A program made the translations under genes and the position numbers. A stretch of DNA of 61,972 nucleotides, the filler included, from Candidatus Fermentibacterota bacterium (GTDB lineage Bacteria; JAFGKV01), in assembly GCA_016928395.1 (NCBI GenBank). It is 7 parts of 7 records of this genome, joined end to end, with 100 filler letters (N's around TTAATTAATTAA, not from the genome) between each part and the next. Parts side by side here need not be neighbours in the genome. Positions count along the whole stretch, not along the records: positions 16,836 to 34,053 come from JAFGKV010000152.1; positions 34,154 to 41,232 come from JAFGKV010000153.1; positions 41,333 to 47,567 come from JAFGKV010000156.1; 4 more parts are not named here. One strand, 5' to 3'. Below, in pieces: positions 31,791-42,042 of this stretch (its first letter is position 1; the number at the start of each line of letters is the position of its first letter). The notes beneath the pieces were generated by a model. That model saw nothing but the letters and a program-made list of their open reading frames with translations. It was not told where the DNA came from and did not search any database.

Positions 31791-33419
31791 CTACTCGTCG
31801 GTAGCCGTGACCCGATAAAAACGCTGGAGACCGGTAATCGTGGTGGTCCAACTGGTGCCGGCAAGCACGCCGGTCAGGTCTTCGGAGAACGCACCATAGG
31901 GGCCGGCGGATGAGTAGACCCGGTAGGTAAGCGCTCCGGGAACGGTTTCCCAGGTCAGCGTGATCTGGCCGTCGTTCCGCACGATGCTCACCACGGGAGC
32001 CGAGAGGCCGCCGACGAGGAAAAGATGGGGATCCGGGGCGCCGATATAGGGATGAGTGGCGGTGCGGCCTGAGCTGTCGGCGGCGTGGATGTAGTAGCCC
32101 ACCTGGGAACCGGGCATTTGTGGCGGAATCGTGGCGACCCAGGTGCTGCCGGTCGTGTTGGTCATGGCGACCCGAGTGTACGCGCCGCCGTCAACCCGGT
32201 AGAATACGGCCACGGAATCACCGAGTACCGCCTCACCGCTGTATGCTGTGATGTCCGCTTCAATCTGGTAGCGGCCGGCGAGTCTCACGGTGCCGACGAT
32301 CGGCATGTGATGCACATAGAGCATGCCGCGATCGGCCAGCCCCATGGTCCTGCAATGGAGTGCATCAGTAGACTCCCACGAACCAGTGAACCCCAGTACC
32401 TCATACCCCGGCATGGCTGCCTGGTACGTGGCGATGGCGTCGTCATCCCACGATGAGCTCACCGTCGGCACAAGCACCTTGTCATTCAGAATCAGGGAGT
32501 TGGTATAAGGCTGGTTGTTCGGCGTGTACACCCGGTAGATCTCATACGGCGTGCCGTACGAAGAAGTCTGGGCTTCAAAGTAGTCGACCGTTGCTTCGAT
32601 CTCGTCGTACTGGGCATGGGATGTGGGCACACTACGAATGAGGATCTTGTCGACATCGAGGAACTTGGCCCAGCAGTCGATGTGGTCGATGTAGGTATTG
32701 TTGGGATCGGGTACGACGTGATACGTGGTCACGCCAAGGTAGTCTTCCATCCTGTCGGCGATTTGCTGATGAGTGAGACCGGAGTTCTCCGACCACACCA
32801 GGTCAGTGGATGCCGAGATCCCCATACCGTCGGTCATGTAGTTGCCGCCGGTATGCTCCAGGTTCATTCCGTACCATGGAACGCCCAGCCAGGTGGCCAG
32901 AGCCACCGGGATGTCGTCATCGTTGGGGCGGGGCCGGTTGTAGGGGAAATCAACGATGCCGAACTGGCCGTTGCCGTTGGTGATGTACCAGGGACCATAG
33001 TCCCGCGACCAGTACGAGTCGGTGGCGTGGTAGAGGAAGTTGCAGTGATCCAGGTTCACGCCCGCGGACGCGTACAGGTTGCGCACCGTGGTCTCTTGAC
33101 TAGCGCCGGTCACGATGGTGGTGACCATGACATCCTCGGCCATTTCTCGTATGATGCTGGTCGAGATCCCCAACGGGTAGCGGATCAGCACGCCCTCCAT
33201 GTGCTCGAACTCAGCGACATTGCGGACCGGGCCGGGAGGGGGCGCCGTCGGCACGAAGCCGCGGCCGATTTCGTCAAGACGCGTCAATTCCTCTGGGGTC
33301 AACCAGTGGGGCAGCGAATGAGGATTGGCTTCCATCCACTGGCGGGTTCGACGCTCCAGGTCGGTCTCGGCCGAGGCGGAGATGGCGAGGATCATGAGGA
33401 CACAGAGCAGACGGGTCAT
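31791..33419 (-). CDS. Secreted agmatine deiminase / PPAD-like peptidylarginine deiminase with FN3-like C-terminus
   Basis: AEFE, WSRDYGP, TGGNY, HIDCW, YTNSLI, LHCRT; signal peptide. Confidence 0.88.
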   Translation of the reverse strand: MTRLLCVLMILAISASAETDLERRTRQWMEANPHSLPHWLTPEELTRLDEIGRGFVPTAPPPGPVRNVAEFEHMEGVLIRYPLGISTSIIREMAEDVMVTTIVTGASQETTVRNLYASAGVNLDHCNFLYHATDSYWSRDYGPWYITNGNGQFGIVDFPYNRPRPNDDDIPVALATWLGVPWYGMNLEHTGGNYMTDGMGISASTDLVWSENSGLTHQQIADRMEDYLGVTTYHVVPDPNNTYIDHIDCWAKFLDVDKILIRSVPTSHAQYDEIEATVDYFEAQTSSYGTPYEIYRVYTPNNQPYTNSLILNDKVLVPTVSSSWDDDAIATYQAAMPGYEVLGFTGSWESTDALHCRTMGLADRGMLYVHHMPIVGTVRLAGRYQIEADITAYSGEAVLGDSVAVFYRVDGGAYTRVAMTNTTGSTWVATIPPQMPGSQVGYYIHAADSSGRTATHPYIGAPDPHLFLVGGLSAPVVSIVRNDGQITLTWETVPGALTYRVYSSAGPYGAFSEDLTGVLAGTSWTTTITGLQRFYRVTATDE

Positions 33420-33559
33420 AAAGGAATCCCTCACGGCGAAGGCAAATCCGGACGGCGGAGAACTACAGAGCCTTCTGATGGCGGCAGTAGTCTGGATGAA
33501 CGGCGCGCAATATAGTAGGCCGACGTCTGCTCGTCGCTACTTTGACGGGAAGCGGGATG

Positions 33560-34053
33560 ATGAGGGTTCAGGATTCGGTTCGCTTCGCGAGCAGTTGCGA
33601 GAGTTCAGGGTTCAGTGCGGCCTCTGAGGACGCCGGGCGGCACGTCGCCGAGCGACGTGGCTACAGCCTGGGGCGGGCACAGAGTCCCGCCCCTACGGAC
33701 ATGATGTGCACCAACCCTCGTAGGGGCGGAGCTCTGACTCCGCCCGCCGCGGGTTTGGTATCGCTATCGCTGTCGTAGTCGTAATGGACGAGCCGGGGCG
33801 GTCCAGCGCGTGTGCGACCTTTGCATGTGCTCTCAAACACGCGGAGGCCCCGGGCCGGCCCGGACGATACGTGGTGCAACTTCCGGTGCCGCGTCGGGAA
33901 GCTACGGCGTAGGGTTCAGGGTTCAGTGCGGCCTCTGAGGACGCCGGGCTCCCTCAGAATTCTCAAGGTTGAGAGTACAGCCGGCAGTTGGCTCTCGGCT
34001 CTCAGCCCACTCCTTTCTTCTCACTTCTCACCCAAGGGCGCAATCGCAATCGC
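33560..34053. repeat. Repeat mosaic at contig end
   Basis: AGGGTTC heptamers, REP doublet, split 65-nt element, hexamer and heptamer runs. Confidence 0.75.
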
Positions 34054-34153
34054 NNNNNNNNNNNNNNNNNNNNNNNNNNNNNNNNNNNNNNNNNNNNTTA
34101 ATTAATTAANNNNNNNNNNNNNNNNNNNNNNNNNNNNNNNNNNNNNNNNNNNN
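34054..34153. other. Artificial contig linker
   Basis: N-TTAATTAATTAA-N. Confidence 0.99.
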
Positions 34154-34642
34154 ATCGGAGGAGACCGTGGGCGAGTTCGAGCGGAACACGGGAAGCGCGG
34201 CGAAGGGAAACGAGAAGGCGGGAGCTGAGCGGCGATAGGGGAATCGAAGCCGTTTCAAGTGAACTTTATTTTTTCAAGTTCGGGTTCCGGCGGGGCGGGA
34301 GCCCCCACGACGGCGGCGGGTCCGGGCACATCGCCTCGGGAATGGCCACCGTGGCCGCCCGTGCACGCGCCGCGGCACGCTCGCGCCCCCGAGACCTATG
34401 ATGTCGACGCGCGCCCTCTACCTCCGTAGCGAAGCCGCGCTCGAATGGACCATCGAGTCGATGCCGATAGCGATGGCGACCCGGACCCGCGGACGCGAGG
34501 AATCGCGTCCCTCCACGGGTGAGAGTGCCCGGCGCAGCAATCTCGGCGACTTGGGCGGGCACGAAGTCCCGCCCCGGTGGAGCTATGCACGGCCCCGTTG
34601 CCTCGCGGGGGCGACCGCCTCTGGCCGCCCCCGGTGGGTTGC

Positions 34643-35098
34643 CTACTCAGAGAGCGTGGAGGTGCAGTGGCCGCAGCGGGTTGCCTTGATCGGAATAGTC
34701 GACAGGCAGTAGGGGCATTCCTTGGTGGTCGGCGCGGCTGCCGGCGCGGGGGCCTCTTGGCGCTTCAGGCGGTTCACGTTCTTCACAAGAAGAAACACGG
34801 CGAAGGCGACCATGAGAAAGCCGATCACTGCGTCGACAAACACACCGTAGTTGATGGTGACCGCCCCTGCCTCCTTGGCCGCTGCCAGGGTTTCATACGG
34901 GCCGGCGCTTGCGCCCGCCTTCAGGGTGATGAACAGGTTGTTGAAGTCAACATTGCCCAACAACAGCCCCAAGGGCGGCATAAGCACATCAGACACGAAT
35001 GACCCGACGATCTTGCCGAACGCGGCGCCGATGATGATGCCGACCGCCATGTCGAGCACATTGCCCTTCATGGCGAATTCCTTGAACTCCTTGAGCAT
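34643..35098 (-). CDS. mscL: Large-conductance mechanosensitive channel with C-terminal CxxC-CxxC zinc ribbon
   Basis: [41 protein letters not shown]. Confidence 0.96.
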   Translation of the reverse strand: MLKEFKEFAMKGNVLDMAVGIIIGAAFGKIVGSFVSDVLMPPLGLLLGNVDFNNLFITLKAGASAGPYETLAAAKEAGAVTINYGVFVDAVIGFLMVAFAVFLLVKNVNRLKRQEAPAPAAAPTTKECPYCLSTIPIKATRCGHCTSTLSE

Positions 35099-35484
35099 GA
35101 GAGCCCTCCTTCGGGTGCGAATGGTGCGGTCATACCAGAGGATTCATCAGTGAATGTCAATATCAATGCCGCGAGGCTGCTGGTCAATGGAAACCCGTGC
35201 CTTCACCCGAATCGAGCCCCCATCCCTGCCCTGCATCGGGTCAAGGGCTCAAAGCCGACGCGATCTCAGAGTCGAGTCGCGGAGCCCGCCAAGGCTCCTG
35301 GTGCATGCACAGTGGGGCAATCCATGGTGAAGCACATGGTCGCCCACCGCGTAGTCGCTGCGATCCCCGTGCCCGCGTTCATCGCGCGCCATGGCGCGTC
35401 AACCGAGGAAGGATCCGGGCTACCGTCGACGGGTGAACGGTAGACCCGCACAAGGGGTACTCCCGTGTGGATCCCGCCGCGATT

Positions 35485-36846
35485 CTACGACGGCCCCGAG
35501 ACCACGTCGCTTCGGATCAGCTGCGTCGCCGTGTCTCGTGTGCCCATGAGCGAGGGGCGAAGGGCCGTGCCTGCCCCCAAGGCGCTGACGATGTGGTCGG
35601 CAACCGTGTGGTAGCCCGCGGTATTCGCGTGACATACATCGACCCAGCGTTCCTCCTCACACTCGGAGAATACGCCCGTCAGGTCGGCAACGAGAATACC
35701 TTGGCGGTCGAGTCCCGCGATTTCCCTTTGCAGCAGCGGATAACCGACTGCCAAGCACTGCCCCCTGTGGCTCTCCGTGTCGGCGTCGAGAATGCGCCGT
35801 TCCCCGGCGGTGAGGCGCTTCGTGTTCCCGGGGACGTAGATGTTGGGCTGAAGTACATGCAGATCGAGAATCCCCTCGCTCACTGCGACGGCATGGATCA
35901 TTCGGTGGTACGCGCCCCACTGGTTCGCCGCGATGTGGACCATCTCGCTGTCGCTCGCCGCCATGAAAGGTGTTGCGCGCTGTAGGTCCTGTTCTATGGC
36001 CGTCGCCTGGGTACCCGCCGCCTGCTCGAGATGACGCGCCAGCCTCGTCCAGATCATGTGAACCAAAACCGAGTTCCGCACCGGGGCCCAAAGGGACATC
36101 CGGGTCAACGCGTGCCGGCGCCTGTGCAGCTGGAGCAGTCGCGCCGTCTGGGCAAACCGTGCCGGTGTCAGTTCCGCCTTTGATGTCTTGAAGAGGTAGT
36201 GCGCCGCCTTCGCGTATTCTGGCGGACAACCGGCCCTCGTGTTGTTCACGTAGTTCCATAGCTCGTTGTAGCCGTCCACAAAGACCGCGATGTCGACCAT
36301 GCTCCGAAAGTACAGGAACACGAAGGCTGTCTGTGGGATGGCATGCCCTTCCAACGCGAAGTTGACCACCACAGGATCCTTGGCGGGATAGGCCCTGGCC
36401 ATTCCTGCCGCCAGACGGTCGTGGGCCGCGAGGACCAACTGCTGCGCGAAGGAGCCGCCGAATACGCCGATGACCATCGTCCGCTGATGATCGTGTCCAC
36501 GAAGAGCGTAGCCCTTCTCGTCTAGATCGAAGTCGTGCGGTGTCAGGAAGCCGTAGTTGTTTGCCCCGCGAGAGTTCGGGATGTGGACATACCCAAACAA
36601 CGGGTGGAGCTTGAGTTCTCCTTCCCATTGCCGAGCCGGGGAAAGGCCTTCCACGGCGAAGGATAGAGCCTGCTCCCGCTCGAAGGCCAGCGCCGCCCTA
36701 TCCAGTCTGCCCCGGCGGACAAGACAAAGCGCAGAGACGGCGCCTTCCACCACCCCCAGGAATACGAGGAGGCTCATACACGCGAGCAAGAGCCTTCCGA
36801 GAGTCTGGGCCCTCCGGTGCACCCCCAGCCCAAAAGGACGGCTCAC
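35485..36846 (-). CDS. Membrane-anchored SGNH/GDSL-like hydrolase-fold protein
   Basis: N-terminal TM, HPLFGY, VFGGSFA, DGYNE, DVCHANTAG; GTG overlaps the upstream TGA. Confidence 0.65.
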   Translation of the reverse strand: MSRPFGLGVHRRAQTLGRLLLACMSLLVFLGVVEGAVSALCLVRRGRLDRAALAFEREQALSFAVEGLSPARQWEGELKLHPLFGYVHIPNSRGANNYGFLTPHDFDLDEKGYALRGHDHQRTMVIGVFGGSFAQQLVLAAHDRLAAGMARAYPAKDPVVVNFALEGHAIPQTAFVFLYFRSMVDIAVFVDGYNELWNYVNNTRAGCPPEYAKAAHYLFKTSKAELTPARFAQTARLLQLHRRRHALTRMSLWAPVRNSVLVHMIWTRLARHLEQAAGTQATAIEQDLQRATPFMAASDSEMVHIAANQWGAYHRMIHAVAVSEGILDLHVLQPNIYVPGNTKRLTAGERRILDADTESHRGQCLAVGYPLLQREIAGLDRQGILVADLTGVFSECEEERWVDVCHANTAGYHTVADHIVSALGAGTALRPSLMGTRDTATQLIRSDVVSGPS

Positions 36847-38141
36847 TGCGCCGCTGATGTGCCGGCGAGCCACCCGCTGGAAAAGGCCCACTGCAGGTTG
36901 AAGCCTCCGGACGGGCCGTCGACATCCACTACTTCCCCCGCAAAATAGAGACCGTTCACCAGGCGGCTGGCCATGGTCTTGGAGTTGATTTCCTTGAGAG
37001 AAACCCCTCCACTGGTCACCATGGCCCTGGAAAATCCTTCCGTGGCCTGGATACTCACGGGAGCACCGATGATGGTTGCCACCAGCCGCTCCCGGGATGA
37101 CCGGTCCAGGTAGGCAGCGCGGGTGATGTGATCAAGCCCGGCAATGCCGCACACCACGGCGGCAAAAGCCCGGGGGATCGTGCGCGCCAGCAGCGATTGG
37201 ATGGCCTTCCCTCCTTCACGGCGACGCCAGCCATCGATCCGGTCCAACCAAAGACTTGCGGAGACGCCTGGAGCCAGATTGACCCGAAGAGGCACCACCG
37301 GATGATCGCCAAGGAGGCGGGCCACCCGGCCCGACAAGTCCATTACCGCGGGCCCGCTCACCCCCTCGTGGGTGAAGATAAGGCTGCCCTCGGCATAGTG
37401 CTTTCGCCAGCGTGGGAGGTTGATCTCCACGCGGGAATCACGCAGCGCGATGCCTGCACAAGAACGCGGCCAGTCTTCCACGGTTACCAACCCAACCAGT
37501 GCCGGCGTCGGGGAGACAATGGTGTGTCCCGCCTGGGCAGCCAACGGATACCCGTCACCGGTGCCCCCCAGACGAGGGTACCCCGCACCTCCTGTCGCGA
37601 TGATCGCGCGCGTCACCGGCAGGAACCCTCCTTCAAAGGCCAGGGACACAATGGAGCCGGCCTCGATGCCCAATTGGGTGACCCTAACGGATGGACGAAT
37701 CTCCACACCGAGCTTCTCGCATTCCGAAACCAGAGCCCTTACGACATCGTCAGCGCGGTTGGAGACCGGGTAGACGTGGAACCCGTCCAATGACTGCGTC
37801 GGCACGCCCAGCTCTCCCATCAGGCGCTGCAGGCTCTCGGAATCCAATGCATTGAGGGCCGGTACGACGAATCTGCCCTTGGGGGAGAGCCGCTCAATGA
37901 ACTCGTCCATGGGCAGGGTGTTGGTGAGATTGCACCGACCGCCTCCGCTGGCCCGCAGCTTGGCGGTGGGCCGTTCCAGACAATCCATCACGGTGACCCT
38001 GGCGCCGGCCCGTGCCGCGGCGATGGCCGCCATCAGCCCTGAGGCGCCGGCTCCGGCAATGGCCACGTGCATCGACCCCGTGCTGGCCCCTAGGTCCCGT
38101 CTGCCGCGGGGCTTGATTTTTGGCTGCTGTCCCTTACTCAT
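36843..38141 (-). CDS. HI0933/BaiN-family flavoprotein oxidoreductase
   Basis: GAGASG, SGGGRCNLTN, ATGG..GTGDG, FTHEGVSGP, VTSGGV, GGFNLQWA; start could be 38072. Confidence 0.92.
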   Translation of the reverse strand: MSKGQQPKIKPRGRRDLGASTGSMHVAIAGAGASGLMAAIAAARAGARVTVMDCLERPTAKLRASGGGRCNLTNTLPMDEFIERLSPKGRFVVPALNALDSESLQRLMGELGVPTQSLDGFHVYPVSNRADDVVRALVSECEKLGVEIRPSVRVTQLGIEAGSIVSLAFEGGFLPVTRAIIATGGAGYPRLGGTGDGYPLAAQAGHTIVSPTPALVGLVTVEDWPRSCAGIALRDSRVEINLPRWRKHYAEGSLIFTHEGVSGPAVMDLSGRVARLLGDHPVVPLRVNLAPGVSASLWLDRIDGWRRREGGKAIQSLLARTIPRAFAAVVCGIAGLDHITRAAYLDRSSRERLVATIIGAPVSIQATEGFSRAMVTSGGVSLKEINSKTMASRLVNGLYFAGEVVDVDGPSGGFNLQWAFSSGWLAGTSAAQ

Positions 38142-38482
38142 TGGTGTATCACTCGCGCTCCGCGTTGGGGTGCCCCCGGACCGATCCTGAGGCTGCCCAG
38201 GTTCACTCTTTCGCCGTGTGGCCTCGGCACCTCGGCGAGTGCCGCGCCCGATCTTCGGCATAGATGGCGGGGATATGCAGACAGCCCACCACTGGGGGTC
38301 AAGATCCCACCGCCCGGCCATCACACTACATGGTAGTCACCTGACACGGGATTGGCAAGACTAGCATCCCCCCGACAGGTTGCCCGAACCGCCCGCGTGC
38401 TCTCGGAACAGGGTGTAGCACGCACCAGTGCCTCACATGCCATCAAAGTCTGTGTGCGGGTTTCGGGCTCCAGAGCATCGAC

Positions 38483-39367
38483 CTAGAGTGCCGTCCCGCC
38501 AGAGTACTGCCCAAGCACCCTGGCGAAGAGTTCGATGGACCCCGGTGCAAACCCGGCGAAGTGGTTGTTGAAGTAGACAAAGACGTCCCGGTGGCGCGCG
38601 GCAAGCTCCATCACATAAGGAACCCACTGGATCATCTCAGGTGTTCGGTCAACAAGAAGCTCATCCCAGTCCTTCTCTTTGCCGCGTTCGACCCGGGCAT
38701 TCCGTACCAGCTCATCCATCTTCGTGTGGTGGCCAAGGAAGCGAACATAGCCAAACGTCGCGGTGAGGGGAATGCCGTGGCGTAGAAGCTGTTGGGGCGG
38801 CGGCATGGTGTAGTATGATACCAGCGCCAGGCCGATTCCTCGCTCCCTGAGCACATCCAGCAACGGCTCTCTGAGCCATCCGGCATTGCGCACCTCCACG
38901 ACATACCGACCCTCCGGGGGCAAGAGTGGGGCGAATGCGGCCAAACGGCGCCGGAAGTCCGCCCCGGTGGCATGCTCTTCGGCATCCTTCTTCTTGGCCA
39001 CATAAGGAAACTGGAACAGCAGCGGCCCTCGCTTGTCGCCCAGAGGCTCAAGCACCCGCAGGAACTGGCTCCACGGCGCGCCGCAGTCCTCCAGGTAGCG
39101 ATCGTGGGTGATCTCCTTGGGCACCTTGAGGCTGAAGGTGAATCCGTCGGGCACCCTTCTCGCCCACGACTCAACGGTCCGGCGCGACGGCATGGCGTGC
39201 CATGTCGCGTCGATCTCCACGGTATGGAACACCGTGGCATAATGACCCAGAAACTCGGCCGGTGCCGCATCAGGCGGGTAGAAGACCCCCCGCCAATCCC
39301 TGCAACTGAAGGACGATGTGCCGACGTGCAGGCTCGAATGCAATGAGAGGAGGTCCGTGATGAACAT
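38483..39367 (-). CDS. DUF72 (YecE-like) protein
   Basis: VGTSSF, FYP, TVEIDATW, KVPKEITH, LFQFP, VEVRN, YVRFLG, YFNNH. Confidence 0.9.
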   Translation of the reverse strand: MFITDLLSLHSSLHVGTSSFSCRDWRGVFYPPDAAPAEFLGHYATVFHTVEIDATWHAMPSRRTVESWARRVPDGFTFSLKVPKEITHDRYLEDCGAPWSQFLRVLEPLGDKRGPLLFQFPYVAKKKDAEEHATGADFRRRLAAFAPLLPPEGRYVVEVRNAGWLREPLLDVLRERGIGLALVSYYTMPPPQQLLRHGIPLTATFGYVRFLGHHTKMDELVRNARVERGKEKDWDELLVDRTPEMIQWVPYVMELAARHRDVFVYFNNHFAGFAPGSIELFARVLGQYSGGTAL

Positions 39368-39604
39368 GCCGTGTCTCCCGGCGAAGGACGGGGCCTTCTG
39401 CGCGCAATCGTCCATTGCGAGCGGTCGGGCCCACCCCGTCGCGTCTTTAATGATCGCCTCCACTGTGGGCACAGGTCAAGGGGTGCCTGCCATGGACAGC
39501 CGTCGACGCCGGCATCGCCGCGGTGGTGGTCGACGGTGGGCCGGGGCCCATGTACATTGCTTTCTCCCGTTCCTCTCCCGCTCCATTGGTCGAAGGAGTA
39601 CATA

Positions 39605-41050
39605 ATGAGGCGACTGGCCCTTCTGCTCGTGTGTGCTGTACTCTCCGGATCCGCCTATGCCGATGGCTTCTACGATTTCCTAGCCCTGCTCAACATGACG
39701 CCGTCCCTGGAGCGGCAGGCTTTGGTTGACAGCTTCATTGCCAACCTCCCGGGCGGGGAGAGCCCGGTGAAGGAAGACACCGTGGCGTTCTTCATCTACA
39801 GCGGGTCGGCAACCTCCATGGCCATAGCCGGCGACATGACCTCATGGTCGCCGGATCTCGTGATGGTCCATGTGATGGGCACGACGTTCTGGTACCGCGA
39901 GTTCGCGTGTCCGTCGGACGCACGGCTTGACTACAAGCTGGTGCGGGATGGCTCGGAGTGGATCCTCGATCCCCTCAATCCCCACACCTGCGCCGGAGGC
40001 TATGGCCCAAACTCGGAGCTGGCCATGCCGGACTACGTACAGCCGCCGGAGATCAACGACTACGGCTATCCGCCCTGCGGGATCGACACCTACGAGGCCT
40101 TCTTCAGCCCCCAACTCGACAACTCCCGTACCATCCGCGTCGTGACGCCGCCTGGGTACGACCCCACGACCGCCTACCCGACCTTCATCGTACATGATGG
40201 TCTCGAGTACCTCTCGCTCGCCTACCTCGACCGGGTGCTGGCATTCCTGGCCGTGCACTATCCTAAAGCGAGGCTGCCCATCTGCGTGTGCGTGCCGCCG
40301 GTCAATCGTACCGAGGAGTATGCGGGTTCACAGCAGGCAGCGTTCGGGCAGTTCATCGCGGAGACGGTGATTCCGTTCGTCAATGAACGCTATGCCACCT
40401 CCCCGTTGGATCCCGAACTCTGGGGCTCTATGGGCGCCAGCAATGGCGGCAACATCTCGGTCTACCTCGCCGGAACCTATCCCCAGCTCTTGCGCAGGCT
40501 CGTGATCATGAGCCCCTATATCCCGCAAGCGCAGGCCAACCTGATCGCTGCCCAACCGGCGGACACCTACCGTATCTACATGAACTGGGGATCATACGAT
40601 CTGGCGGGGCTTATCCCCCTCATAGAGTCGTTCGAGGCGATGATGCAGCAGCATGGCATCGCGCACCAGAGCCGCGTGTTCAATCAAGGCCACTCCTGGG
40701 GACTCTGGCGCGCCACCATCGACGAGGGGATGCTGTTCTGTGAAGGTGTACAGGGTGGAGACACCCCTCCCCCCGGCCTACCGCCGGCCGGGCGCCTGCG
40801 TCTCGACGCCTTCCCGAATCCCTTCGGGGCACGGCTCACCGTTCGGATCGACGAGACCGGGCGAGCGACGACGATCTCCCTGTACGACATGGCGGGACGC
40901 CGTCATTGCCATGAGAATCTTTCGGCGGATGCGTCGACCTTGGTCTTGGGCTTCCCAACGCTTGCCGATGGCCCCTATCTAATTCACGCGAGCAATGGTC
41001 TGGCTCGAACGACCACCCTCGTCAGCCGCCTCTCCCGCCCGGTGAGGTAG
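39605..41050 (+). CDS. Secreted Fes-like alpha/beta-hydrolase esterase with CBM48-like domain and T9SS-like CTD
   Basis: DARLDYK..LDPLNP, GASNGG nucleophile elbow, GHSW; AFPNPF..LYDMAGR; AAGGAG RBS. Confidence 0.85.
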   Translation: MRRLALLLVCAVLSGSAYADGFYDFLALLNMTPSLERQALVDSFIANLPGGESPVKEDTVAFFIYSGSATSMAIAGDMTSWSPDLVMVHVMGTTFWYREFACPSDARLDYKLVRDGSEWILDPLNPHTCAGGYGPNSELAMPDYVQPPEINDYGYPPCGIDTYEAFFSPQLDNSRTIRVVTPPGYDPTTAYPTFIVHDGLEYLSLAYLDRVLAFLAVHYPKARLPICVCVPPVNRTEEYAGSQQAAFGQFIAETVIPFVNERYATSPLDPELWGSMGASNGGNISVYLAGTYPQLLRRLVIMSPYIPQAQANLIAAQPADTYRIYMNWGSYDLAGLIPLIESFEAMMQQHGIAHQSRVFNQGHSWGLWRATIDEGMLFCEGVQGGDTPPPGLPPAGRLRLDAFPNPFGARLTVRIDETGRATTISLYDMAGRRHCHENLSADASTLVLGFPTLADGPYLIHASNGLARTTTLVSRLSRPVR

Positions 41051-41232
41051 GCACCGGGCCGGAGCCTGCCCGGTCTTCTCGGATGCCGGGCAGTGTCCCC
41101 GCGGATCCGAAGGCGCTAAGCTGTAACTTCACTCCACGCGGCACACATCACCCTCATCCCCCGCATCCGCGGGTGCGGGGTGAGGGCGCATGATGCCGGA
41201 TGCCGCTCGTCGATTCTGACTACGATTCCGAC

Positions 41233-41332
41233 NNNNNNNNNNNNNNNNNNNNNNNNNNNNNNNNNNNNNNNNNNNNTTAATTAATTAANNNNNNNNNNNN
41301 NNNNNNNNNNNNNNNNNNNNNNNNNNNNNNNN
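41233..41332. other. Artificial contig linker
   Basis: N-TTAATTAATTAA-N. Confidence 0.99.
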
Positions 41333-41979
41333 GCCAGGATGTGCGCCCGGGCAATGTCATCGACGTGGGCCCAGCAGAACTCGGTTACTTGTGGTACGAC
41401 CGGGAGTTTTCGCCGGAGGTACTGCACCAGCATGGCGTGGATCGAACTGGTATCTCCAGGCCCGTAGACGACGCCGGGCATCACGATGACGAGCGGCACG
41501 CCCTCGTCGATCATGGGTTGTGCCACCTCGTAGTGGGCGCGCCACTTACTCTCATCGTAGGCGCTCAGGTGGCGACCGGTGAATCGGTATGTCTCATCCA
41601 TCAGGCGACCCTTGGTATCGGAGGAGACCGCCACCGTGCTGGTGTAAACCGTTTTCGGGATGCCCAGCTCCCTGGCCAGGGAGAGCACATTGCGGGTGCC
41701 GGTCACATTCACCCGCTGGGCATCAGCGCTGTATCTCAGCCCTATCTTGTACCAGCCAGCCACATGAAAGACGCCATCGCACCCTGCCATGGGGCCACGT
41801 ATGCTTTCCCTCTCAGCAACGTCGCCCGTATGGAGCTCTACTCCAAGATCGGCGAGGCCTCCTGAGCGCTCCGGATTTCGAACCACCGCTGATACGCGAT
41901 GCCCTTCGTGCGTCAATTGTCGAACGAGATGGCTTCCGATGAAACCGGTTGCTCCGGTCACGAGAAAGTGCCTGCTCAT
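41333..41979 (-). CDS. NAD-dependent epimerase/dehydratase (HpnA/DFR-like), 3' end cut by the gap
   Basis: TGATGFIG, FHVAG, YDESK, VYGPGD. Confidence 0.9.
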
Positions 41980-42042
41980 TCATCCTCCTCTGTGTCGGGA
42001 CCGCATCTGGTCCGACTATCTCTGATTGGCGTGCTTCCCGCG

